A stretch of DNA of 64,000 nucleotides from Verrucomicrobiales bacterium. Lineage in GTDB: Bacteria > Verrucomicrobiota > Verrucomicrobiia > Verrucomicrobiales > SLCJ01. Of the stretch, positions 49,278 through 59,397 are shown piece by piece (positions within the stretch are counted from its first letter, which is position 1; every line of letters begins with the position of its first letter). The stretch lies in NCBI GenBank assembly GCA_046075565.1, contig JBJTQJ010000030.1, forward strand, positions 40,873-104,872, in the 5' to 3' direction. The notes beneath the pieces are model-generated. The model was not told the origin of the DNA. It saw nothing but the letters and a program-made list of their open reading frames with translations, and did no database searches. The position numbers and the translations under genes are program-made.

Positions 49278-50282
49278 ATGTCCGACTTTTCCCGCGATAC
49301 ACCGAGCTGGACGCGCCGTCTCTTCCTGACGGCAGCGTTGGCGCTTGCCTGCCCGCGGATCACCCGGGCCGATTGGACCTTGGTGAAGGTGGATGGCCGT
49401 GACTATGTGCCCGGTAGCGACCTGAAAAAGTTCTATGCTTTCAAGGATTACTCCATCAAGGGGAATTCGGTCGTGCTCTCCTTGGACGGCTTCATCCTTC
49501 GCGGAGCCATCGGTTCGAAAGAAATCACCATCCGCGGGATCAAATTCGTGATGAGTTTTCCTCTGGTGAAACACGGCAACGAGGCTCTGTTCTCGCGCAC
49601 CGATTTGGTGAAATTGCTCGACCCGGTTCTCCGGCCCGACTACATCAAAGGTGCACCCGATTTTGATACGGTGGTCATCGATCCCGGTCATGGTGGTCAT
49701 GACTCGGGAGCAAGGGGGTTGTTCGGCGTGGAAAAGGATTTCGCCCTGAAAACCGCGCTGCTCGTCGGGGCGATTCTGAAGTCGCGTGGGTATAAAATTG
49801 TTTTCACCCGCTCAAATGACACCTTCGTGACCTTGCAGGGCCGGGCCGCCATCGCCAATCGTTATCCGAAGGGGATTTTCGTGAGTATCCACTTCAATCA
49901 AAGTGACGGTCGGGAAGCCCGGGGCATCGAAACTTTCGCACTTTCCCCGGCGGGCACGAGTTCCACCATCCAGCGGTGGGCGGAACCGAACCTTGCCAAA
50001 CGGCGCGGCAACCTGCGCGATGCCGAAAACATCGCTCTGGCCACCGCCGTGCACAATGGTGTCCTGCGCCGTGTCAAGGCCACCAAACCGGAGGATCGCG
50101 GCATCAAACGCGCCCGCTTTTCCGTCATCTCCGGCGTGGCCATCCCCGGATTGCTCTTCGAAGGCGGATTTGTCAGCAATGCCATCGAAGGCAAATATGT
50201 CGCCCATCCGACCTACCAGAAAATGCTGGCGGAAGGAATCGTCGTTGGTATCGAGAATTACCGACGGGCCATCAAAAAGTGA
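49278..50282 (+). CDS. N-acetylmuramoyl-L-alanine amidase (Amidase_3), Tat-like signal
   Basis: TRRLFL; VVIDPGHGGHD.GA, EK, TR..D.FV.L..R...AN, FVSIHFN and LFEGGFVSN motifs. Confidence 0.93.
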   Translation: MSDFSRDTPSWTRRLFLTAALALACPRITRADWTLVKVDGRDYVPGSDLKKFYAFKDYSIKGNSVVLSLDGFILRGAIGSKEITIRGIKFVMSFPLVKHGNEALFSRTDLVKLLDPVLRPDYIKGAPDFDTVVIDPGHGGHDSGARGLFGVEKDFALKTALLVGAILKSRGYKIVFTRSNDTFVTLQGRAAIANRYPKGIFVSIHFNQSDGREARGIETFALSPAGTSSTIQRWAEPNLAKRRGNLRDAENIALATAVHNGVLRRVKATKPEDRGIKRARFSVISGVAIPGLLFEGGFVSNAIEGKYVAHPTYQKMLAEGIVVGIENYRRAIKK

Positions 50283-50297
50283 CCCCGCTTTCCGGAA

Positions 50298-51245
50298 TCA
50301 GCGTTTGCTGATTTCCAGCATTCGCAACATGGGCAATTCAGCCCGGGTGCGCAGCTCTTCCGGAATCTCGACGGTGGGCGTGAGGTCGCGCAGGCAATCG
50401 GCCAGCTTTTCCAATGTGTTCATTTTCATATACCGGCAGTCGGCACAAGCGCATCGGTCGGTCGGCCCCGGTATGAGGTTTTTCCCCGGCACCTCGCGAC
50501 GCAAGCGGTGCAGCATCCCGCTCTCCGTTACCACGATAATGTTTTGGTGAGGAGTTTTCCGGCAGTAATCGACCATCTTCTCGGTCGAACAAACCTCGTC
50601 GGCGAGCAAGCGGACCGCCTGGGTGCATTCCGGGTGCGCCACCACGGCGGCATCGGGGTTTTGTTCCTTGATCTTCCGGATCGATTCGCGGGTGAATTCG
50701 ACGTGCACGTAACAAGAGCCCTGCCACAAGTCCATCGGGCGCCCGGTTTGCTCCATCACCCAAGCCCCGAGGTTCTGGTCCGGAACGAAAAGAATCGGGC
50801 GATCTTGGGGCGCAGCATTGACGATTTTCACGGCGTTCCCCGAGGTGCAGATCACATCCGAGAGCGCCTTCACATGGGCGGAGCAGTTGATGTAGGCCAC
50901 CACCCAATAGTTGCGGTCGGGATTTTCCTTGAGAAAGGCCTCCAGGGCCGGGCCCGGGCAGCTTTGCTCGAGCGAGCAGCCTGCGTCGCGGTCCGGCAAA
51001 ACCACCGTCTTGCCCGGATTCACGATTTTGGCCGTTTCCGCCATGAAATGCACCCCACAGAAGGCAATAACGTCCGCCTCGGTCGCCTTGGCATGGTAGG
51101 CCAGCCCGAGCGAATCACCGACGTAGTCCGCGACCTCCTGGATTTCCGCGATTTGGTAATTATGGGCCAAAATGACGGCATTTCGTTCCTTTTTCAGGCG
51201 GGCGATTTCGGCTCGGAGGTCGAGGGCAGGGGAAAGGGTGGCCAT
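50298..51245 (-). CDS. nadA: Quinolinate synthase
   Basis: ILAHNYQ, FCGVHFMAETA, AGCSL, YINCS, CTSGNA, CYVH, AHPEC and C.YMK motifs. Confidence 0.97.
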   Translation of the reverse strand: MATLSPALDLRAEIARLKKERNAVILAHNYQIAEIQEVADYVGDSLGLAYHAKATEADVIAFCGVHFMAETAKIVNPGKTVVLPDRDAGCSLEQSCPGPALEAFLKENPDRNYWVVAYINCSAHVKALSDVICTSGNAVKIVNAAPQDRPILFVPDQNLGAWVMEQTGRPMDLWQGSCYVHVEFTRESIRKIKEQNPDAAVVAHPECTQAVRLLADEVCSTEKMVDYCRKTPHQNIIVVTESGMLHRLRREVPGKNLIPGPTDRCACADCRYMKMNTLEKLADCLRDLTPTVEIPEELRTRAELPMLRMLEISKR

Positions 51246-51398
51246 GGCGGAAACCGATACGTCCGCCAGCGTCCTCCCGCAACTGACCAAAATCGCTTGC
51301 GCGGGGTGGGGGAATACGGCATAATTTCCGTCCTTTCCTTTGAACGGTCCGGAATTGAAGGCACCCGCCCATCCGGATTTTCTCCGAATCTCCACTCT

Positions 51399-51602
51399 AT
51401 GAAATCCGATCTCGTTGACAGGGCTTCCGCCATCGTTACCAATCCCCAGGTTTTGATCAACGCCGTCTCCAAAAGAGTCCGGCAGCTCAACCTCGGGCGT
51501 CCGCCCATGGTGCAGCCTGTTCTCGGCGAACGCTACGGTCTCGCCGACTACGCCCTTCTAGAAATCATCGAAGGCAAATTGAAGGTCGAAGCCGAAGACT
51601 GA
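51399..51602 (+). CDS. rpoZ: RNA polymerase omega subunit
   Basis: 67 aa with LINAVSKRVRQL...ALLEIIEGKL pattern; upstream of smpB. Confidence 0.88.
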   Translation: MKSDLVDRASAIVTNPQVLINAVSKRVRQLNLGRPPMVQPVLGERYGLADYALLEIIEGKLKVEAED

Positions 51603-51686
51603 TTCCGCTGTCATCCAGCGGTCAGTTTTCAAAGCCATTCGGGGCGGGGATGGACCAGTCCGGTCCTCTCCGCCCTGCTTTTTTCC

Positions 51687-52205
51687 GTGAAATCGCGCCC
51701 CTCCAACCCGAAACCCGGCAAAGACAAACAGGCCGCCCCCAAGGCGGTCCTGAAGGAAGTCGCGCGCAACCGGAAGGCGGAGCGGGATTTCCATATTCTC
51801 GGCAGACACGAAGCGGGAATCGAATTGCGAGGCACGGAGGTTAAAGCCATCCGCCTCGGCAAGGTGAACCTCATGGACGCCTTTGCCCGCATCGAACGCG
51901 GCGAACTCTGGCTTTACGGCTGTGACATCCAGCCTTACGAGAAAGCCAGTTTCACCAACCACGCCGCCAAGCGCCCGCGCCGCCTCCTCATGCACCGGCG
52001 GGAAATTGACAAACTTTTCGGGACGACCCAAATCAAGGGACAAACACTCGTTGCCCTGCGGCTCTATTTCAAAGACCAACGCGTGAAAATCGAACTCGGG
52101 GTCGGCCGCGGCAAAAATTTCGCCGACCAACGCCAGGACTTGAAGAAAAAGGCCGTGCAACGCGAAACCGACCGCGAACTCTCCCGCTTGCGGCGCAAAG
52201 CCTGA
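51687..52205 (+). CDS. smpB: SsrA-binding protein
   Basis: NRKA..DF, EAGIELRGTEVKAIR, RRLLMHRREI and GRGK..D.R motifs. Confidence 0.96.
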   Translation: MKSRPSNPKPGKDKQAAPKAVLKEVARNRKAERDFHILGRHEAGIELRGTEVKAIRLGKVNLMDAFARIERGELWLYGCDIQPYEKASFTNHAAKRPRRLLMHRREIDKLFGTTQIKGQTLVALRLYFKDQRVKIELGVGRGKNFADQRQDLKKKAVQRETDRELSRLRRKA

Positions 52206-52218
52206 CCCGCGCGTTCCC

Positions 52219-54399
52219 ATGGCCGGTGACTTCCAGCTTGTTTCTCCCTACCAGCCGCAGGGCGATCAAGCCCCCGCCATCGCCAAGCTGGTGAAGTCGC
52301 TGCAAGCCGGCCACCGCCACCAGACCCTGCTCGGGGTGACCGGTTCCGGCAAGACCTTCACCATGGCCAACATCGTGGCGGAACTCAACCGCCCGACCCT
52401 TGTCATTTCCCATAACAAAACCCTCGCTGCCCAACTCTACTCCGAGTTCAAGGCCTTCTTTCCGAACAACGCCGTCGAATACTTCGTCTCCTATTTCGAT
52501 TACTACCAGCCCGAGGCCTACATTCCCCGGACCGATACCTACATCGAAAAGGATTCTTCCATCAACGACGAGATCGAACGCCACCGGCTCTCCGCCATGG
52601 GCTCGTTGCTCTCGCGCAACGATGTGCTCGTCGTGGCCTCCGTTTCGTGCATCTACGGACTCGGCTCTCCCGACGACTACCAGAACATGATGGTCCCCGT
52701 GCACACGGGTATGACGCTCGACCGCGACACCTTCCTGCGTGGACTCGTCGGTTTGCTCTACGAACGCAACGACATCGCATTCGAACGCGGGAAATTCCGC
52801 GCCCGCGGAGATGTGGTCGAGGTCTTTCCCGCCTACCTCGAGAATACCGCGGTGAGGATCGAATTCTTCGGCGACGAGGTCGAGCGACTCGCCTACATCG
52901 ATCCGCTCACCGGTGGCGTCCGCCAGAGCCTCGATGCCTACAACTTCAGCCCGGCCAAACAATTCGTCACTCCCGCCGAAAGGCTGGTTTCCGCTGGCGC
53001 CGCCATCCGCGCCGAGATGGAGGAGCGCGTCTCATGGTTCGAGAACGAAAGAAAATACATCGAAGCCCAGCGGATCAAACAACGCACCGACTACGACCTT
53101 GAAATGATGCGGGAAATGGGCTTCTGCCAGGGAATCGAAAACTACTCGCGCCACCTGACCAATCGCCCGCCCGGCGCCCGGCCCTACACCCTGCTCGATT
53201 TCTTTCGTGGCGATTTCCTCACCCTCGTCGACGAATCACACGCCTCCATCCCGCAGATCGGCGGCATGTATGAAGGCGACCGTTCGAGGAAAACCGTGCT
53301 CGTCGAACACGGATTCCGCCTTCCATCTGCCCTCGACAATCGCCCGCTCAAATTCCCCGAGTTCATGGATCTTTGCGGACAACTCGTCTATGTGTCCGCC
53401 ACACCAGGACCATTCGAGTTGCTGAACTCGCGTGTCGGCGTCAAGAAGTTCACGCCGGTTTCCAAATCGCAGGGAGGAGACGAGAACCCCATCCCCGGTG
53501 TGCGCCAAGCCGGTTTGCGCGGCTCGGGCAGCCAGGAACCGGTGGAAAAGTTCGATGTCGCCACTCCAGGTGCGCCCCTTGTGGTCGAACAAATCATCCG
53601 CCCAACCGGCTTGCTCGATCCGGTCGTCACCATCCGACCGCTCGCCCGCCAAATCGACGAGACCATCGAACTCTGCCGCCAACGTGTCGAAGCCCGCCAG
53701 CGCGTGCTCGTGACCACGTTGACCAAACGCACCGCTGAAGACCTCACCGAATATCTCAAGGGCGTTGATCTCAAAGTCCGCTACATCCATGCCGACATCG
53801 ATGCCATCGAACGCGTGGAAATCCTGCGCGCCCTTCGCGCCGCCGAATTCGATATCCTCGTCGGCATCAATCTCCTCCGCGAAGGACTCGACCTGCCCGA
53901 GGTTTCTTTGGTTTGTGTGCTCGATGCCGACAAGGAAGGATATCTGCGCTCGGCCACCTCGCTCATCCAGACCGCTGGACGCGCCGCCCGTCACATCGAT
54001 GGAAAAGTCGTTCTTTTTGCCGATCAAATCACCGGCTCCATCGAACAATTGCTCGAGGCCACCGACTACCGTCGCAATCGCCAAATCGAACACAACACAC
54101 TCCACCGCATCACCCCGGAGTCAGTGAAACGTGGCGATCAGAAATCGCTGCATTCCTACGAAATGGGAGATGATTCCGCCGCCGCCCGCGTGGCCGAAGC
54201 CGCCGGTGAAGACTACGACGTCGCCCGCGTGCTTGGTGAACTCGAAGCGGAAATGATCGAAGCCGCCGCCGCCCTCGAATACGAACGCGCCGCCCTGCTC
54301 CGCGATCAAATCCAGGAACTCAAATCCCGCCTCGGCACCACCAAGTCCGCCGCCGCTCCCAAACCCAAGCCCCACGGAAAAGGAAAGAGGGGATATTGA
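52219..54399 (+). CDS. uvrB: Excinuclease ABC subunit B
   Basis: [42 protein letters not shown] and C-terminal UVR motif. Confidence 0.98.
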   Translation: MAGDFQLVSPYQPQGDQAPAIAKLVKSLQAGHRHQTLLGVTGSGKTFTMANIVAELNRPTLVISHNKTLAAQLYSEFKAFFPNNAVEYFVSYFDYYQPEAYIPRTDTYIEKDSSINDEIERHRLSAMGSLLSRNDVLVVASVSCIYGLGSPDDYQNMMVPVHTGMTLDRDTFLRGLVGLLYERNDIAFERGKFRARGDVVEVFPAYLENTAVRIEFFGDEVERLAYIDPLTGGVRQSLDAYNFSPAKQFVTPAERLVSAGAAIRAEMEERVSWFENERKYIEAQRIKQRTDYDLEMMREMGFCQGIENYSRHLTNRPPGARPYTLLDFFRGDFLTLVDESHASIPQIGGMYEGDRSRKTVLVEHGFRLPSALDNRPLKFPEFMDLCGQLVYVSATPGPFELLNSRVGVKKFTPVSKSQGGDENPIPGVRQAGLRGSGSQEPVEKFDVATPGAPLVVEQIIRPTGLLDPVVTIRPLARQIDETIELCRQRVEARQRVLVTTLTKRTAEDLTEYLKGVDLKVRYIHADIDAIERVEILRALRAAEFDILVGINLLREGLDLPEVSLVCVLDADKEGYLRSATSLIQTAGRAARHIDGKVVLFADQITGSIEQLLEATDYRRNRQIEHNTLHRITPESVKRGDQKSLHSYEMGDDSAAARVAEAAGEDYDVARVLGELEAEMIEAAAALEYERAALLRDQIQELKSRLGTTKSAAAPKPKPHGKGKRGY

Positions 54400-54459
54400 G
54401 ATGAGCGCAAGGCAAGGATACTTCGGCGTGCCAACTCTTCTCCCGTCCTTTGCGCCAAC

Positions 54460-54483
54460 GGAGCACGGGCGTCCCCGCCCGTG
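54460..54483 (+). repeat. REP-like palindrome of related architecture (GGAGCACGGGCGTCCCCGCCCGTG)
   Basis: Stem CACGGGCG/CGCCCGTG with TCCC loop, preceded by GGAG; intergenic after uvrB. Confidence 0.6.
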
Positions 54484-54640
54484 ACCACTAGCGAAGCCGA
54501 ACAGTTCTCTATTCCCCGCCCGCTGCAGGCCGGGGCTATCCGGAAGGCTACCCACGGAAGGATCGGGGATGCTTTGTCGTGCCCGCGAAATAAATCTATT
54601 TTTCTTCCAATAAACGCCCGTTTCGTGTGTCATATCCCGC

Positions 54641-55240
54641 ATGAAGACTCATCTTTTGACCTCCCTGCTTTGCCTCCCCGCGCTGCTCAGCGCCGAACCT
54701 GCCCTCAAATTGGAACTGGCCGGACCAAACGAGCCGGTCAAGATCAGCCAAAACATCCTCGACCAAGCGGCCGCGCTTCCCGCCGCCCTGAAGGAACTCG
54801 AACGTCTGCAGGCTCAGCCGGAGCCGGACATGGCAGCCTTCGCCAAGCTCGAGAAAACCCTTGATGGCGGGCGGAGACTGAAACAAGACATCACTTTGCG
54901 CGTCCGCTTCACCAATACCGGCAAGGCACCCGTGGACTTGCAATATGGACCGGATGTCAGCCAAAACCACCTCACCGTGGAAGGGCCCGGGGCGGTGGCC
55001 TTGCCCTTCATGGGCGCAACCACCATGGAATTCCGCATGCCGAATCCCACACGAATCGGACCCGGTGAAACAAAGGAATTCACCATCCAAGGACTGGCTC
55101 AAGGCCATCGCGATCTCAGCCGCTGGCTGGTCTCCCAAGCCGGAACCTACTCCGCCACCCTCAAATTCACCACGACGCTAAACGAGGAGGAAGTCGAACT
55201 CACCTCAAACAAGGTCACTTTCGAGGTGAAGGCTGAGTAG
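54641..55240 (+). CDS. Hypothetical secreted protein (likely beta-sandwich)
   Basis: Signal peptide; LRVRFTNTG..PV and IGPGETK..TI, GTYSATLKF, LTSNKVTFEV beta-strand pattern. Confidence 0.75.
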   Translation: MKTHLLTSLLCLPALLSAEPALKLELAGPNEPVKISQNILDQAAALPAALKELERLQAQPEPDMAAFAKLEKTLDGGRRLKQDITLRVRFTNTGKAPVDLQYGPDVSQNHLTVEGPGAVALPFMGATTMEFRMPNPTRIGPGETKEFTIQGLAQGHRDLSRWLVSQAGTYSATLKFTTTLNEEEVELTSNKVTFEVKAE

Positions 55241-55540
55241 CTACCGTAAATTAGGACAGTCGGCTCAAAAGACTGCACAACGCCCTGTCCTCGCAAACTC
55301 CTGACTCCGCCTTCCGCTCTTCGCCGAGGTTGCGACCGAAAAGCTGTTCCGACCCGACCGCAGATTCAAGGGGCTTCTTCCAAAAGCAAACTCCTAGAAG
55401 CGAAAACGAACAGCAGCAGACCGGGTGGGAGCTTTGCGGGCTCTTTTCGTTTTCTTTTGTTGTATGGTTTGTCTGATCGGTGAAATGCGGCGAATGCCTT
55501 GCCCGCGTTTGTCTGATGCGCGTATCGTGTGGGCCGTCCC

Positions 55541-58090
55541 ATGTCCTTATTCCGTCACCTTTTCCGCCATCCGTTGCTCACCTTGGGCAACGTGCTCGGC
55601 GTCGCCTTGGGCGTGGCGGTTTTTCTGGCCATCCAAACGGGGAACCGGGCCTCGAGCCGGGCCTTCGCGGCAGGGGTGGATTTGGTTTCGGGCAAGGCGC
55701 AGGCGGAGCTGCGGGCACCGGGAGGAGGGTTGGACGAATCGGTTTTTCCGACCTGGCGGGAAGCTTCCGAGGTCGAGGCGGCCACGCCAATAGTCGAGGG
55801 GTTCGCGACTTTGCCCGGGCGTCCGGGAGAATTTGTCCGCTTGTTAGGAGTGGAGCTGTTCTCGGTGGCGCCATTTCAGACGGCGGCCTTCAAGCCAGAG
55901 GCATGGACAGGCTTTGATGCCGATGCATTCCTGGCCCGGCCCGGTCAATTGTTGGTCTCGGCTCCTGTAGCCCGGGACCTTGGATGGTCGGCGGGCCAGG
56001 TGGTGGAGTTGGAAGTCAATGGCAGCCGGGTGACGGCGACGGTCCTGCATGTGGTGCCGGAATCGGCCATCGAGGGTAGCGCCGGGGCGGGCGCGGGCGA
56101 AAGGGTCGTCTTGCTCGATATTGCCTGGGCGCAGGACATGCTCGGTCAACGTGGTCGGGTGCAGGCCATTCAGTTTCTGTTGCGCGAGCCAGGTAAACTG
56201 GACGCGTTTTTGCGTGAGGCGCCGAATCGCTACCCGGTGCCACCGGGGGCGAGCTTGGCCGCACCTTCATCGCGAACGCGTCAGATCCAGACCATGGTCG
56301 AAGGATTCCAACTCAACTTGAATGCGCTCGCCATGGTCTCGATGCTAGTCGGGGTCTTCCTCGTCTTTAACACAATCAGCGCTTCCACGGTGCGACGGCG
56401 GAAAGAAATCGGCATCCTGCGGTCATTGGGGGCAGGAAAGGCGATGGTGATGCGGCACTTCCTCCTTGAAGCAGTCGTCTTGGCGGTGCCGGGTATCGCG
56501 CTTGGACTCTGGGCCGGGCATCATTTGGCCGGAGTGCTCGTCTCGGGCATTGCCGAAACACTGTCTTCAAGGTATCTGCTCACCCGCATCGAAGGTGCGC
56601 CATTTGACATGGCGGCGGCGGGTTTGGCAGCGGCTTATGGAATTGCCGCAACTTTGTTAGGAGCCTGGTGGCCGGCACGAGAGGCCGCGGGCGTGGATCC
56701 CGTGCTCGCGCTCAATCCCGGCCATGCGCTCGACCCACATGGCCAACGCCGTGGCGGTTGGACAAAGCTTTGTCTCTGCTTCGCGCTCGCTACGCCTGTT
56801 CTCGCTTGGCTCGCGCTGGCCCGCTGGCCGGTGTTGGCCTTCGCGGCTTGCCTGACGTGTGTCCTTGCCTTCGCGTGTCTGGTGCCATCGGCGGCGCGTT
56901 TTCTGACGGGCGGATTGGAGCGTATCCTGCAGGGAAGAGGCGGCATCGTGACTCTGGGCACGGAGGCCTTCGCGCGTTCGCTCCATCGCACGGGTGTGAC
57001 CATGGCGGCTTTGCTCGCGTCGGTTTCGATGCTCGTCGGGGTTTCGACCATGGTCGGGTCCTTCCGTCAATCCGTGGACGAATGGGTTGGAGGTTCACTC
57101 GATGCGGATCTCTATGTATCGCCAGCTTCGAACGAAACCCTCGGAATGAGATCGTTTTTTCCCGATGAAGCACTACGTCGCCTTCAGGCGCGTGGCGATC
57201 TGCTCGGACGTCAGGACTACCGCGAGGAACCGGTGGATTTGCCCGGCTACGGTCCGACCATTCTCACGGCGGTGGCCGCCGATCGGGCGCGGAAATTCGA
57301 CATTCTTAAGTCGAGCGAAGATGATCCCTTTGCTGCGCTCGCCCGACCGGGACAATTGTTTGTCAATGAGTCGTTCGCCCGCAAATTCCGGGTTGCGCCG
57401 GGAACGGAGATCCGCGTGCCGACACCCGATGGACTGGTGGCCATGACCGTAGCGGCCGTGTTCCGCGATTACAGTGATGATCGCGGGCGCATCTTCATGG
57501 ATCATGGTGAATTCATGCGCGTTTGGAACGACCGCCGCGTGCAATCGGTGGCCTACCGTGTGGCTGAAGGAGTTGATCCTTCCACCGTAGTGCCGGAGTT
57601 GCGAGCCCAGCTCGCCGATCTCGGAGCCTTCAGTATTTACACCCGCTCGACGTTGCGGAAGAGGATTCTCGAAATCTTCGATCAGACCTTCGCGGTAACT
57701 TCGGTGCTGCGGGCCATCTCGTTTGGTGTGGCCGTGATTGGGGTAGGACTGGCCTTGCTCATCCTCGTCTTGGAACGGGCGCGGGAGATTTGTTTGCTCC
57801 GCTCGCTGGGAGCGAAGTCTGTCCAAGTGATCGGGATTTATCTGGTGCAGGCCGCGTGGATTGGACTGGTAGCGGCCGTGCTCGGCGGGGCCTGCGGGCT
57901 CGCGCTGGCCGTGCTGCTGGTCAAGGTGGTGAACCCGGCCTTTTTTGGATGGACCATTCCTCCGCGTCCGGATTGGTTGGAAATTGCGCTGCTGCCGGTG
58001 TGGATCATGGCCGTGGCCATACTCGCGGGGCTCTATCCGTCCTGGCGCGCCACACGTCTACAAATCGCCCCGGAGCTTCGCACGGAATAA
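55541..58090 (+). CDS. FtsX/MacB-type ABC transporter permease (duplicated, AttF/G-like)
   Basis: GVALGVAV, RRKEIGILRSLGA, second repeat ERAREICLLRSLGA and NPAFFGWTI. Confidence 0.92.
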   Translation: MSLFRHLFRHPLLTLGNVLGVALGVAVFLAIQTGNRASSRAFAAGVDLVSGKAQAELRAPGGGLDESVFPTWREASEVEAATPIVEGFATLPGRPGEFVRLLGVELFSVAPFQTAAFKPEAWTGFDADAFLARPGQLLVSAPVARDLGWSAGQVVELEVNGSRVTATVLHVVPESAIEGSAGAGAGERVVLLDIAWAQDMLGQRGRVQAIQFLLREPGKLDAFLREAPNRYPVPPGASLAAPSSRTRQIQTMVEGFQLNLNALAMVSMLVGVFLVFNTISASTVRRRKEIGILRSLGAGKAMVMRHFLLEAVVLAVPGIALGLWAGHHLAGVLVSGIAETLSSRYLLTRIEGAPFDMAAAGLAAAYGIAATLLGAWWPAREAAGVDPVLALNPGHALDPHGQRRGGWTKLCLCFALATPVLAWLALARWPVLAFAACLTCVLAFACLVPSAARFLTGGLERILQGRGGIVTLGTEAFARSLHRTGVTMAALLASVSMLVGVSTMVGSFRQSVDEWVGGSLDADLYVSPASNETLGMRSFFPDEALRRLQARGDLLGRQDYREEPVDLPGYGPTILTAVAADRARKFDILKSSEDDPFAALARPGQLFVNESFARKFRVAPGTEIRVPTPDGLVAMTVAAVFRDYSDDRGRIFMDHGEFMRVWNDRRVQSVAYRVAEGVDPSTVVPELRAQLADLGAFSIYTRSTLRKRILEIFDQTFAVTSVLRAISFGVAVIGVGLALLILVLERAREICLLRSLGAKSVQVIGIYLVQAAWIGLVAAVLGGACGLALAVLLVKVVNPAFFGWTIPPRPDWLEIALLPVWIMAVAILAGLYPSWRATRLQIAPELRTE

Positions 58091-58103
58091 ACCGCAATAT
58101 CTC

Positions 58104-59372
58104 ATGAAAACCAATTCTCACGGCCTTTCATCGCTTGAACCTGGTGCGCCGCATCAGGGAGCAAAGGATCACGCGCAAGGGTCCCTGCCGGATTCAGGGT
58201 TCGGGCCCGTCGGGACATTATTCAGGTTATCTCTTCTTCGCTCTATCCTGACCATTCTACTTATCCTGGCTGCATTCTTCGGTCATGGCCATCTTCTTCA
58301 AGCAGGAGAAGAGACAGGCTGGAAACGCGCCCTCCTGCCGCAACCGATGGTCTTTCCACGTGACCATCATTCGCATCCCGATTACAAAACCGAGTGGTGG
58401 TATTTCACCGGCAACCTTGAAGCGGAAGGTCTCGGGCCGGTGGGTTTTCAATTCACCTTGTTCCGGCAAGGGATTCTACCGCCGGGAGCGGATATACCTG
58501 ATTCCGCATGGGCATCACGTGCGCTTGGATTCGGCCACGCCGCATTGAGTTTTCCGCAGAAGGAAAAGTTCCACTTCGGACAAGTGCTTGAACGCGGGAC
58601 TTTTGACACGGCAAAGTTTCCGCCACCACCCCCTGAGAAATCCGAGCAGCCGGTCTTGTTAGCGAGTGTCAAGGACTGGAAGGTGGAGCTTCTGCCGGAT
58701 GGCAGCTTTCATCTCCGCGCCGACATCGACGGGCATGCGATGGACCTGATTGCTCGTCCTGTTGTGACTACCGTTCTACAGGGAAAAGACGGACTCTCCC
58801 AAAAAGCCGCAGGGGAGGGGAATGCCTCGTATTACTATTCCATTCCGCGCTTGGAAACCACCGGGACCATCACAAGCGGGGGTAAAATCCATGCGGCCCG
58901 CGGGCTTTCTTGGCTCGACCGGGAATGGGCGAGTAACCAACTCGGGCCGGAGCAAGTCGGGTGGGATTGGTTTGCCCTCCATCTTGATGATGGGCGCGAC
59001 CTCATGGTCTATCGCATGCGTCTGCGCGACGGAGGGACGGATCCGCATAGCCATGGCAGTTTGCGGGAAAAAGATGGCACGGTTCGGCATCTTGCTCTTG
59101 AGGATTTCGAACTCACGCCCGGCCGGACGTGGCGGAGTCCACACACGGGCGGGCAGTATCCAGTCGAATGGACCTTGAAGGTGCCACAGGCTGGCATCGA
59201 CATGAAAATCACCGCCGCACAGAAGGACCAGGAGCTTGCCCTTGAACCGGTTTCCTACTACGAAGGTTCAGTCCGGGCCACCCCCGTGGATGGTGCACGC
59301 TCGCCTGGAGGCATTGGCTACATGGAACTCACCGGCTACGCGCGCCCGTTGGAAGCATTGCGCTCGAGGTGA
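58104..59372 (+). CDS. AttH-like/carotenoid 1,2-hydratase-like lipocalin-fold protein
   Basis: FPRDH.SHPDYKTEWWYFTG, SYYYSIPRL, WLDREW, GWDWF, YYEG and GYMELTGY motifs. Start codon uncertain. Confidence 0.88.
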   Translation: MKTNSHGLSSLEPGAPHQGAKDHAQGSLPDSGFGPVGTLFRLSLLRSILTILLILAAFFGHGHLLQAGEETGWKRALLPQPMVFPRDHHSHPDYKTEWWYFTGNLEAEGLGPVGFQFTLFRQGILPPGADIPDSAWASRALGFGHAALSFPQKEKFHFGQVLERGTFDTAKFPPPPPEKSEQPVLLASVKDWKVELLPDGSFHLRADIDGHAMDLIARPVVTTVLQGKDGLSQKAAGEGNASYYYSIPRLETTGTITSGGKIHAARGLSWLDREWASNQLGPEQVGWDWFALHLDDGRDLMVYRMRLRDGGTDPHSHGSLREKDGTVRHLALEDFELTPGRTWRSPHTGGQYPVEWTLKVPQAGIDMKITAAQKDQELALEPVSYYEGSVRATPVDGARSPGGIGYMELTGYARPLEALRSR

Positions 59373-59397
59373 GTGAGGCTTAGCATAAGCCTGCCCT

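Noticed and set aside
51603..52218. tmRNA gene next to smpB
   Set aside because: The intergenic gaps are too short and no tRNA-like ends are visible.
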